Shown one piece after another: positions 29,533 through 39,659 of a stretch of DNA of 64,000 bases. The translations under genes were made by a program, and so were the position numbers. The stretch comes from Spirochaetia bacterium (GTDB taxonomy: Bacteria; Spirochaetota; Spirochaetia; SZUA-6; Bin103). Each line of letters opens with the position of its first letter. The stretch's first letter is position 1. The stretch is taken from assembly GCA_965203515.1 (NCBI GenBank), contig OZ241907.1, positions 1,696,001-1,760,000 on the forward strand, given 5' to 3'. Under the pieces are notes generated by a model. It was not told the origin of the DNA, made no database searches, and worked only from the letters and a program-made list of their open reading frames with translations.

Positions 29533-30681
29533 TTACGACGCCTCGCCGGCGAGGCGCCGGATCAGGTCCGGGAGGCTGACGAAGCGGACGCTGAAACCCG
29601 GAAAGTCACGCACCCAGGAGCGTTCCGTGTCCGCAGTCACGACGTAGTTGGCGCCGGTGGGATAGCGGGCGCGGAAGGCGCGCAGGTTCCGGGGATCGAA
29701 TCCGCCGGCGCGCCACTTGCACTCCACGGTCACCGGGGGCGCGGCGCGATCGTCGATCACGAAGTCGATCTCATGGCCGCGCTTGTCGCGCCAGTAGCAA
29801 AGCCGACGCCGTTGCAGGCGTCCGAGGTATTCGTTGAGCACGCAGTGCTCCCACAGGGAGCCGCGATCCTCGTCGCGCAGCCGGTTCCAGCCCATGAACA
29901 GGCTGACGAAGCCGGTATCGAAGCCGTAGACCTTGGGCGTCGCCACGATCTCCGTCGCGCGGCGCGTGCTGAAGGGCCGAACGATCTGCACGACGTGGGT
30001 ATCTTCGAGCACCTGCAGATAGTTGACGATGGTGGCGCGGCTCACCTCGCACGAGGCGGCGTACCTGGTCGCCTCGAACAACCCGCCGCTGGCGGCGAAC
30101 AACAACTCCACGAAGCGCAGGAAGGACCAGCGCCGTTGCAGCCGGAAGTGCTCCTGGATGTCCCGCGCCCAGTAGGAGTCGATCCAGTCCTGAAACCCGC
30201 GCTCCGGAAACTCGGAAGCAAGGAAGAAGGGGGGCAGCCCGCCGTGCAGAAAGCGGTGATCGATGCCGCGCGGGCCGAACTCGTGCTCGTCCTGGAGCAG
30301 CATCGGCGTCATCCACAGATCGCGCTTGCGGTCGGTGAGCGTATCCCGAAATCGGCGCGACGCTCCCAGTGACGAGGAGCCGGTAGCGACGATCTGCGTA
30401 TCGGGATGGTAATCCGCCGCGATCTTCAGCAGCTCGGACGGATTGGGCAGACGGTGTATCTCGTCCAGCACGACCCGCCGCGCACCGACGTCACGCAGGA
30501 AGCTCTCAGGGGACTCCAGCGCGCGGCGGGTGCTCGGCAGTTCGCAGTCGAGGTACTCGACGTCCGGCAGAGACTGACACAGGACCGTCTTGCCGGCGCG
30601 GCGGACCCCCGACAGCCAGACGACCGACTTCTCGCGCCACAGCTTCTCTACGGCCGCGATCCAGTAGCTTCTCCGTACCAT
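29533..30681 (-). CDS. AAA_14 + DUF4143 ATP-binding protein
   Basis: GVRRAGKT, LDEIH, ATGSS, GGLP, PKVYGFDTG and PD-(D/E)xK-like EIDFV...VECK. Confidence 0.9.
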   Translation of the reverse strand: MVRRSYWIAAVEKLWREKSVVWLSGVRRAGKTVLCQSLPDVEYLDCELPSTRRALESPESFLRDVGARRVVLDEIHRLPNPSELLKIAADYHPDTQIVATGSSSLGASRRFRDTLTDRKRDLWMTPMLLQDEHEFGPRGIDHRFLHGGLPPFFLASEFPERGFQDWIDSYWARDIQEHFRLQRRWSFLRFVELLFAASGGLFEATRYAASCEVSRATIVNYLQVLEDTHVVQIVRPFSTRRATEIVATPKVYGFDTGFVSLFMGWNRLRDEDRGSLWEHCVLNEYLGRLQRRRLCYWRDKRGHEIDFVIDDRAAPPVTVECKWRAGGFDPRNLRAFRARYPTGANYVVTADTERSWVRDFPGFSVRFVSLPDLIRRLAGEAS

Positions 30682-30799
30682 GTGTAAACCAGGATGTCAC
30701 ATGGTGGCACCATATGTCAATCATGGTGGCGTTCGGTAGCAGTTGCGCCATCTTCCCGGACGCGACGGAACCGCGGTGGTGCGTGTGGCTGAACTGAAG

Positions 30800-31063
30800 T
30801 CAGCGCTCCCGATCTGACGCGTGGGTCTGTCGGCGGAGCAACTCGAACGCCTGCTGGCCGATGCCGGTAGCCTGCTCGATGATCGACCACTCGACGCCGG
30901 CGCGCAGAAAACTCTCGATGGTGGCCACCTGGCCTTCCTGGCGGCCCTCCTGGCGGCCTTCCTGGCGGCCCTCCTGGCGGCCTTCCTGACGGCCTTCCTG
31001 ACGGCCTTCCTGACGGCCTTTCAGCACGCCTTCCTGGATCAACTGCTCCCCATACGTCTTCAT
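30800..31063 (-). CDS. Putative nested in-frame small protein (RpnS-type antitoxin, 87 aa)
   Basis: Internal AGGAGG-GGAT-ATG just before MKTYGEQLIQEG and the GRQE repeats. Confidence 0.65.
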   Translation of the reverse strand: MKTYGEQLIQEGVLKGRQEGRQEGRQEGRQEGRQEGRQEGRQEGQVATIESFLRAGVEWSIIEQATGIGQQAFELLRRQTHASDRER

Positions 31064-31831
31064 ATCCCCTCCTGGTCCCCGTACTTCCCGCCGCAGCGCC
31101 GCGCCGAACTCCCGCAACCTCTCATCATCCTGCGTGCGGAGCACGTACAACACCACCACCGCGAACCGTTCGCTCTGTCCCGCCCGGTCCAACTCTCCCA
31201 TGAGCTGCACCGCCGTCTCCAGCGCCGCCCTCACCTCGCGGCGCGCCGCCGCCATCAGCGCAAGCTGTGCTATCCGGCCCAGCGTTTCGCCCTGTACCGC
31301 TCCCACCCCCATCTGCGACTGGTCCACCAGCAGGTGCTCGAACTGCGGCGTCCAGGGCCACCCTCTGACCGATTCCGCAAACAAGTCGCTGAACTGAGCC
31401 GCATGTCGCCAGTGGGACTCACCCTGATAGAACACCACCGGCACGATCGGCGGCAAGTCCGGCGTCTCCCCTGCTTCGTCAGAGCGCAAGAAATCATCCC
31501 AGATGCGGCAGCAGTACTTCAGCAGCCGGAAGCGCATCAATCGATCCGGCCTCGATTGGTGCTCGAACAGCAGATAGAGCCGCAGCGAACGCCGCGCGTC
31601 ACCCGGCTCGGCGGCGCCCGGTCGCTGCTCGATGGCATACAGCAGGTCGGACTCGCTGGCGCGCAGGTCGTCGTCCACATAGCTGTCGGGCATCAGCGTC
31701 AGGCTGGCCCAGTCCAGCGTACCGGCGAGCCACGACGGCACGTGGGCGCGCAGCAAGCCAGCCGCTTCGGCCGGCTCGGAGAACACCTTGCGAAACAGAT
31801 GGTCGTGCGGCTGGTGCAGATCGCGTGTCAT
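30800..31831 (-). CDS. Rpn/YhgA family recombination-promoting nuclease (Transposase_31 family)
   Basis: HDHLFRKVF, SDLLY, LFEHQS and PIVPVVFYQG motifs, C-terminal GRQE repeats. Start ATG 31831. Confidence 0.92.
   Translation of the reverse strand: MTRDLHQPHDHLFRKVFSEPAEAAGLLRAHVPSWLAGTLDWASLTLMPDSYVDDDLRASESDLLYAIEQRPGAAEPGDARRSLRLYLLFEHQSRPDRLMRFRLLKYCCRIWDDFLRSDEAGETPDLPPIVPVVFYQGESHWRHAAQFSDLFAESVRGWPWTPQFEHLLVDQSQMGVGAVQGETLGRIAQLALMAAARREVRAALETAVQLMGELDRAGQSERFAVVVLYVLRTQDDERLREFGAALRREVRGPGGDMKTYGEQLIQEGVLKGRQEGRQEGRQEGRQEGRQEGRQEGRQEGQVATIESFLRAGVEWSIIEQATGIGQQAFELLRRQTHASDRER
30935..31018 (-). repeat. 12-bp coding tandem repeat (GRQE x7)
   Basis: Directly visible in the sequence. 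Confidence 0.95.
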
Positions 31832-31920
31832 GCGTGGTGCCGCGCAGCATAGCATGGATCGAACGGACGCCGAAGCGCAAGTATCTTCGCCGGCAAGCGG
31901 CCGTCTGTGGCGCCGGCGCG

Positions 31921-32647
31921 TCATGCCCTGCGAGCGACGAGAATATAGCCAAAGACCAGACTGTCGACGCGCAGGACCCGGCACGCAGGGGACTCGTTCA
32001 GATGATCCAGCACCACTCGCCAATCGAAGCCGAGGTGCGGCCCCCAGCCGTCGGCGTCCGGGTCCCGAAACACGGAGATCGATTGGCCCGTGAGCAGGTG
32101 CCACACGTAGCGGGATTCGCTCTGATCGCGGAAGAAGCTCTCGTACGGCCTCCTTCGGAATACCTTCCTCGCACCGTACTTGAGCAATCCGGGCAAGCCG
32201 ATCTCGTTCGGCACCGAGATGAGCAGCGTGCCGCCGGGCTTGCACGAGGCGAGCAGCGTGTCGATAGCATTCGGGACGTTGCCTACGTGCTCCAACGTCT
32301 CGAAGCAGGTGACGACGTCGAACAGACGCTCCCCGGGGGGGGGGGGGGGGGGGGGCGTTGAGATCGACGTAATCGAACACGGCGTTGTCGATGTTGCGAG
32401 CCTTCGCCGCGGCCAGCAGATCGGACGAGTGATCGAAGCCGAACAGGCACATCGAACCGGCTTCGGGCAGCGCTCGCAACAGTTCTGCGAAGAAGAATGC
32501 GTTGGAGCACCCGAAGTCGGCGACGGCCGCCCGTACCGGTAACGAGAGCGAGCGCATGGTCTCGACGACCCGGCGCAGTCGGGCACGATGGAAGAAGCTG
32601 AACGGATGAAGTCCCTTGTAGGAGCTTTCGTGTACGACCACCGCCAT
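31921..32647 (-). pseudogene. Class I SAM-dependent methyltransferase split by a frameshift at a poly-C tract
   Basis: The N-half (VADFGCS, FGFDHS) is in the frame of ATG 32647. The C-half (FDVVTCFETLEHV, KPGGTLLISVPN) is in another frame. The span is 727 nt (3n+1) and the frames switch at the homopolymer. Confidence 0.85.
32335..32355 (+). repeat. G21 homopolymer (C21 on the coding strand)
   Basis: Direct count 6+10+5 G. Confidence 0.95.
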
Positions 32648-32651
32648 GATC

Positions 32652-34259
32652 CTACGATGAGTCCACCTTTCGCGAAAGATCGGAAGTGAGGCACTCCACC
32701 AGGGAGATGGCTGACAGTACGACGGCGGCCGCGAAACCGACGGTGACCTGATCGCCCGATAGGTGCTGACCGTAGTTACCGACCGAATGCAGATGGTTCA
32801 CTATGAGGCTGGTAGTTCTGGTGACATACGTGCTCTGGCGTTGGGCGCGCTCAGAGCCGGTTATGAGCCGCAGTATCCGGCACTCCCGGCCTGGGGAGTC
32901 GTGAGGAATCTTGCCTCGTTCGTCCGGCAGCCTCTCGATTCCTGCGTGCTTCCATTCGTCGAGCCATGCATCGGGTAGACGGCGGTCAGGTGGGAGCTCG
33001 GCGGTCCAGATCAGATGCAGCGCCCGATTGGCAATGCTCCTGATCCAGACGAGTGCACTCTCTGGAGCCGGGACGAGGTCGCGGATCGCCAAGCGCACGT
33101 AGTCGCAAAGGTCACTGTCCACGGATCCCTGCGACACTTGGTCGAGGCGCAGCTCAAGCAGCATCTGAACATGCGTCTCGAATTTGGCGGCCGTGCCCAG
33201 AAGACGGGTCAGGTCGGCAATGGCGGGTGCCTGATCCTGAGCGTAGCGCTGCATCAGGCGACAGGAACTGCGCAGTCGGTTCCTCGACTGTTGGCCGAAC
33301 CCTCGCTCCTCCAGTGCTTGCCGCCGCGGCTGAGACAGCTCGGCCAGCGGTATTTCGTCGGCAGTCAGCGCGCCGAGATCAGCACGCAATTCGCTGTCGC
33401 AATCATCCCACAATGCGTCGAGGAGCTGGCGCGGCCCGTCCAGCACCGCTTCCGCAGCATGATCTATTTCCGATTTGGAAAGACGTTGTCCGCGGTGTCC
33501 GGCCCACAGCCTCTGCAGGAGCGCGCAAACGAGCAAAGGCACCCTTCCTGTCCAGTTGGCTATCTCCTTCCGCACCGACTCGTCCAACTCGCAGCCGGCG
33601 TCACGGAGCGGCTGCAGGAACGCTTCCAGATCACGGTCGTCGAGCGCGGCCACGCGCACCGGCGTATCGTAGAATATCCCCCAGAAGTCCGAGGTCCGCG
33701 ACTCCTCCGTCTTGCACAGCTCGCGCAACGGCCGCCGGCTGCCGGTGACCAGTCGCAGACTGGTCCTCTGCGCCAGCGCGCGCAGTTGGTCCCACAGGTT
33801 CCGCGTCAACCCGGTACCGGCAAGCGCATAGTCGAAGCCATCGAGCACCGCGAGCAGGCGCACGCCGTCCTTTTCGAGTTGGTCGAATATGATGCCCAGC
33901 ACCTCATGCCTGGAAACTTCTTCGAAGTCGTCGAAATACCCCACAAGGTCTGGACAGACCCCCTGCAACGCCGCCTTGATCTCGTCCGCAAACCGCCGCA
34001 TGAATTCGTGGTCCGAGGCCGGTACCCCGCGGCGGAGATCGACGTACGCAGCGGTGACATACTGCTCGACCCCGTCCCGGTAGGTGGCGGCGGCATGGTG
34101 CAGCAGGACGGACTTTCCGTAGTGCGCCGGCCCCACGACCGACACGTGATCCGGCGACGGTTTCCGCAGGTGCTTGTCGATGCGGCTCATGAGCGCTGCG
34201 CGGCCCAGCATGGGGGGGACCGAAGGTCCCAGGACTTGGTACGGGTCAGGGTCAGGCAT
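32652..34259 (-). CDS. Divergent STAND-like P-loop ATPase with helical C-terminal domain (possibly HEPN/DUF4145-like)
   Basis: DPY..G...MLGR N-motif, Walker A GPAHYGKS, Walker B LAVLDGFD, LVTGS and TGRVP. ATG 34259 overlaps the upstream gene end by 8 nt. Confidence 0.75.
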   Translation of the reverse strand: MPDPDPYQVLGPSVPPMLGRAALMSRIDKHLRKPSPDHVSVVGPAHYGKSVLLHHAAATYRDGVEQYVTAAYVDLRRGVPASDHEFMRRFADEIKAALQGVCPDLVGYFDDFEEVSRHEVLGIIFDQLEKDGVRLLAVLDGFDYALAGTGLTRNLWDQLRALAQRTSLRLVTGSRRPLRELCKTEESRTSDFWGIFYDTPVRVAALDDRDLEAFLQPLRDAGCELDESVRKEIANWTGRVPLLVCALLQRLWAGHRGQRLSKSEIDHAAEAVLDGPRQLLDALWDDCDSELRADLGALTADEIPLAELSQPRRQALEERGFGQQSRNRLRSSCRLMQRYAQDQAPAIADLTRLLGTAAKFETHVQMLLELRLDQVSQGSVDSDLCDYVRLAIRDLVPAPESALVWIRSIANRALHLIWTAELPPDRRLPDAWLDEWKHAGIERLPDERGKIPHDSPGRECRILRLITGSERAQRQSTYVTRTTSLIVNHLHSVGNYGQHLSGDQVTVGFAAAVVLSAISLVECLTSDLSRKVDSS

Positions 34260-37200
34260 GGCGTATGGCCTCCTGGCGGGCGCGCTCCACGAGGTCGTCG
34301 AAGTCAACGTTCATCCGCAGCCAGTCGGCCATCAACGGGATGGCCAGTCGGTACGTGACCCCGCGGTTGGATTGGTCGATCTCGAGCAGCTCCAGTTCAC
34401 GGAGCTCGGTAATGTCGTCAGCGAGAGCTTCGTCATCCCGGACCGGTACACGATATTCCTCGAATTTCAGGCCGATGAGATCGCGGTTGAAGGCGTCCGG
34501 GGCGTCCGCCATACGGTCGCTGAGCGCCAGTATCAGTCTGCGCCGTTCGCTGCCGGCGTAGCCCCACAGGGTCTGGAAGTGCTCGTTGTCCCGCACCATC
34601 TCGGTTGCGGCCCGGTCCACGAGGTCACCCGTGATGATTCGTTCGCTCCCCGCGGCGGCCTGGTCGAACACCCGGCTGCAGAGCGACTGGATGAGAAACG
34701 GATGGCGCGAGCACAGTGCTACCAGCTGGTCACGCGCCTGTGGCAGGTAGCGGATTCGACGCGCGACCGGTTCGGTGACCAGCCGCCGGGCTTCCTCCTC
34801 CGGCAGCGCACTGACCCCGATCCGGTGGCCGAACCCGAACAGCGCCGACCAGTACTCTTCGCGCAGCCGCTTCAGCCTGCGGGAGCCGGTGAGGATCGCG
34901 CCCAGACCGGATTGGTGCTGCAACAGGTGACGAATGTTCTCGGGGACCTGCTGACTGGTAATACCGCCGTCGATACCATCCTGGAGCTTGTCGAACTCGT
35001 CGAGCATGAGCAGGACCCGGCGCCGGCGCGGCTTGGCGGCCTCGATCGCCGTCGACAGGTACAACGCCAACGTCTCGTAGGGGTGATCGTCGGAGAACGC
35101 GCCGCGCAATGCGGCGAGGAAGGCCAACTTGAACGGTCGCCCCGACTCCGGGGCCGGCGCATCAGGAATCCAGGTTTCGATGCCGGCGTCGGCAAGGGCA
35201 ATACCCGTCTGCCTCGCCAACAGCCTGAACACGTTGGACGTGGACATGCTGTCCATATCCTGGAACGAGCAGTAGACGGGAACCCATCCGGGAAGCGCTT
35301 CCTCTTTCCGCAACTGCTGCAGGATCGACGTCTTGCCGGTACGCCGATTCCCTTCCAGCAGGATCACGTTGGCCTGCTCACCGCCGAGATGGCGCCTGAT
35401 CTGATCCATGATGCCGTCGCGGCCGAAGAACATTTCGGCCCGGTCCACCGGAGGCCCGACGATGTAGGGACTGGCGTCGAGGTCGCCGGTAGCGGCGGCC
35501 TCATTGCCGGAGCGGACCGGCACGGAGACCTTCGTCCGGCCCTCTACGGGCGTGGCGTCGAGGCGGCGCGCCTGCCACGCCACGTCGATATCCAGCGGCT
35601 GCGTATCGTCTTGCGCCCGGACGACAAGCGGAATCTCATGCCGCTGACCTTCGGCCAAGTAGGGCACTTCTCTCACTAACGTACGATCGGCCTGACTCAC
35701 TAACGTGAGATCGGCCTGCCGCACGGTCACCCGCACCTTGCTCAGCGGCACCGGCGACAGGTTGGCAACCCGAAGCCGCACCTCAGCGACGGTGCCGGCC
35801 AGCACTTCCGCGGGTACGGTGATGTCGAGCCTGCCTCTGCGCTGCATGGCGTGGGCCTCATCCTCGACGAGACCCACCAGCCCCCAAGTAACAGAACGCA
35901 GGCGCTCACCGAGCGGATCTTCGGCCCGGTCGAGGACGCCAAGCGCCTCGCGCAACTTCGCCACAGCGAATTCGAGAACCACCAGGCGGCCTGCGCCTTC
36001 AGGAACCGAATCGAGATAGTCCAAGGAGGCAGCCGCCCTCCTCGCCGCCTCCAGCCATCTGTCGATCGCACCATCGCCGGCCGTCGGTGCGGCTGGGGGA
36101 GTATCGAGCGATCGTATCTCCGCCGCGAGCTTTGCAAGCATATCTATGCCGCGCGCGCCGTCAGAACGGCGCCCTGCCGCCAGACTCGCCGCAAGAGGTC
36201 CTTCCAGCCAGAGGGCGACCGGATGCCGCGCCATCCCGGAGAGCAGGCGGAAGAGCACGGCCAGCGCGTCTCCGCGCAGCTCGCCAAGTTCCTTGAGCAC
36301 GGCATCCTGCACCGAGACAGGCGGCACCGGAACTTTCAACGCGCGGAGCACGGGAATCGACAGATGACGAATCGTCGATCCGGTGGCGTGACCCGACAAC
36401 CAGAACCAATACGCGGGTGAGCGCAACAGGGCGGCCAGGAATCGCGGCTTGACGATCCCTTCGTGCACGCGAACGAACGCGATGGTCTCGTCGGCCATCA
36501 CCTCATACTCGTGCTCGTGCTCGTTTTCCTCAACCAGAAAGATGCTGCCTACGTTGTCCGTCATCGGGACGAGCAGGTCGCCGCCACGAAGATATGCCCG
36601 TGGGTCAGGGTTACCCAACAACGAGCTGAAATCGAAGGGCCAGGTCTGCGGCCGGCGAATACGCACATCCGTCACGTCGGCGGAGCGGAGCAGATTCGGC
36701 TCGGGTGCGTCAAAAAAATCGTTTTCCACCCCAGGAAACACCTCTGCGACCTCGTCCAGACTTTTCACCTTCAGAGAAGGGTCTGCCTTGACGAGCCGCT
36801 CGATCTCGGCGTCCAGCCGCTCGCTTCCCGACTTCTTGGCGATCAACTCGTAGTCGCGGAGCGTGAGTTCGCGCACGGGGGCGGACCATGACTCGACACC
36901 CGGCGAAGCGTAACTCGCAGACGCCTGGCGGTGATCCCCGATCATCTCGGCGACGCCCCGCGCATCTTCCTGGGCCGCCTGCCATGCCATCGGTGAGACG
37001 GTCAGAAACCGTACGGCGTCACGCGGTTCATCGCGGGAAAACACGATAACGCTCATGGATATACCGGTGAACGGCTCGAACGAGCCGGCCGGAAGCGCGA
37101 TCACATCCTGCACGCGGTATTCCGAAAGAAGCGCCTTCCTCAGAGGCAAGGAATCGGCATGGAACAGCGGCCGCTCCGGTAACGCGACTACGGCTCGTCC

Positions 37201-38130
37201 GCCGGGCCGCATGTTGGCCATCACGTGCTGCAGGAACAGCTCTTCGACGCGATAGCTGGGAAACCGGAAGCTATCGTCTTCGTCGTATAACTCGTCTTCG
37301 TCGCTCCACGGCGGGGAGGCGACGACGCAGTCGAAGACCGCCTCCGATCCGTCACTCGGCACTGCCTTTTTCAGCGCGTTACCGTACTCCAGCCCCGGGG
37401 GTTCGACCCCGGCCAACAACAGTCGGCACAGTGTGATAAGGTACGCGCGTTCCGCGACTTCGACGCCGGAAACCGCAGCCGGTCCGACATTCGATCGCGG
37501 TGATGACGGAAGCGCCGCGTTCAGCCGGCGCGATGCCCCAGCGAGCAGTTCCCCAAAGCCGAAGCACGGATCATAGACGCTTTCACCGGGTTTGAGGTCG
37601 GCCAGATCCAGCATGAGATCGGCGACCGGCGCAGGCGTGATGAACTGGCCCAGGCGATCCGCGTGCCGTTTCACCATGAACCGCAACGCGTCGTCGAATA
37701 CACCCGTCGCACGCCGGCGCCCTTCCGACGTGCTCAAATCGAGAGCGAACAACCAGTCGATTACCCGACGCATCTCGGCGCCGGTAGAAGTTCTCAATAT
37801 CACATTCGTCGCTAAATCGGAAAATCCATAAAAATCTTCGTCGATAAGATATCGATCTTGCATCCGAAACAGCCCGGCATCGACACGCTTCGCCGCCAGT
37901 ATGGCATCCGACTTTGGGGGCCTCTTCCATCTCTTTTTCTCGACCAATTCATCTATATCATCGCCTGAATCGATCTGGCCTTCGGTATCGTCCGAACCGG
38001 CGTATCCGATGAACAGTCCGGCCAGCCCCCACACTGCGCTCACAGGATGCTTCCACTCTTCGATCAGCGTCCGCAGGTCGGAACGCACCTGTTCCAAGGC
38101 TGCTTGTTCGTGCTTCCCGTCATGGTTCAT
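34252..38130 (-). CDS. Fusion: HsdM-like DNA methyltransferase + single HsdS-like TRD + Ig-like domain + STAND-like ATPase/wHTH
   Basis: MTase: GQFITP, YDPCFGFG, ASPPW, GGRAVVALP, VIALP..SF. TRD: LDEVAEV..GDLLV..ATGSTIRHLS..LKVPVPPVSVQ. ATPase: SPYIVGPPV, FFGR, GNRRTGKTS, LMLDEFD. Confidence 0.85.
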   Translation of the reverse strand: MNHDGKHEQAALEQVRSDLRTLIEEWKHPVSAVWGLAGLFIGYAGSDDTEGQIDSGDDIDELVEKKRWKRPPKSDAILAAKRVDAGLFRMQDRYLIDEDFYGFSDLATNVILRTSTGAEMRRVIDWLFALDLSTSEGRRRATGVFDDALRFMVKRHADRLGQFITPAPVADLMLDLADLKPGESVYDPCFGFGELLAGASRRLNAALPSSPRSNVGPAAVSGVEVAERAYLITLCRLLLAGVEPPGLEYGNALKKAVPSDGSEAVFDCVVASPPWSDEDELYDEDDSFRFPSYRVEELFLQHVMANMRPGGRAVVALPERPLFHADSLPLRKALLSEYRVQDVIALPAGSFEPFTGISMSVIVFSRDEPRDAVRFLTVSPMAWQAAQEDARGVAEMIGDHRQASASYASPGVESWSAPVRELTLRDYELIAKKSGSERLDAEIERLVKADPSLKVKSLDEVAEVFPGVENDFFDAPEPNLLRSADVTDVRIRRPQTWPFDFSSLLGNPDPRAYLRGGDLLVPMTDNVGSIFLVEENEHEHEYEVMADETIAFVRVHEGIVKPRFLAALLRSPAYWFWLSGHATGSTIRHLSIPVLRALKVPVPPVSVQDAVLKELGELRGDALAVLFRLLSGMARHPVALWLEGPLAASLAAGRRSDGARGIDMLAKLAAEIRSLDTPPAAPTAGDGAIDRWLEAARRAAASLDYLDSVPEGAGRLVVLEFAVAKLREALGVLDRAEDPLGERLRSVTWGLVGLVEDEAHAMQRRGRLDITVPAEVLAGTVAEVRLRVANLSPVPLSKVRVTVRQADLTLVSQADRTLVREVPYLAEGQRHEIPLVVRAQDDTQPLDIDVAWQARRLDATPVEGRTKVSVPVRSGNEAAATGDLDASPYIVGPPVDRAEMFFGRDGIMDQIRRHLGGEQANVILLEGNRRTGKTSILQQLRKEEALPGWVPVYCSFQDMDSMSTSNVFRLLARQTGIALADAGIETWIPDAPAPESGRPFKLAFLAALRGAFSDDHPYETLALYLSTAIEAAKPRRRRVLLMLDEFDKLQDGIDGGITSQQVPENIRHLLQHQSGLGAILTGSRRLKRLREEYWSALFGFGHRIGVSALPEEEARRLVTEPVARRIRYLPQARDQLVALCSRHPFLIQSLCSRVFDQAAAGSERIITGDLVDRAATEMVRDNEHFQTLWGYAGSERRRLILALSDRMADAPDAFNRDLIGLKFEEYRVPVRDDEALADDITELRELELLEIDQSNRGVTYRLAIPLMADWLRMNVDFDDLVERARQEAIRHA

Positions 38131-38145
38131 GGCTATACCGTACGT

Positions 38146-38161
38146 AGCAGAAACCGTGCCA
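38146..38161 (-). promoter_or_regulatory. sigma54 (-24/-12) promoter TGGCACGGTTTCTGCT
   Basis: GG-N10-GC with a full TGGCACG, inside the 31-bp gap between the activator stop and ATG 38130. Confidence 0.85.
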
Positions 38162-39658
<1,497 letters not shown>

Positions 39659-39659
39659 C

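Noticed and set aside
30800..31831. Rpn gene as an IS element
   Set aside because: No terminal inverted repeats or target duplications are visible, and the family is not a demonstrated transposase.
30800..32647. 615-aa ORF as a genuine MTase-Rpn fusion protein
   Set aside because: The middle third is the wrong-frame translation of the MTase C-half and intergenic DNA. It exists only because of the homopolymer frameshift.
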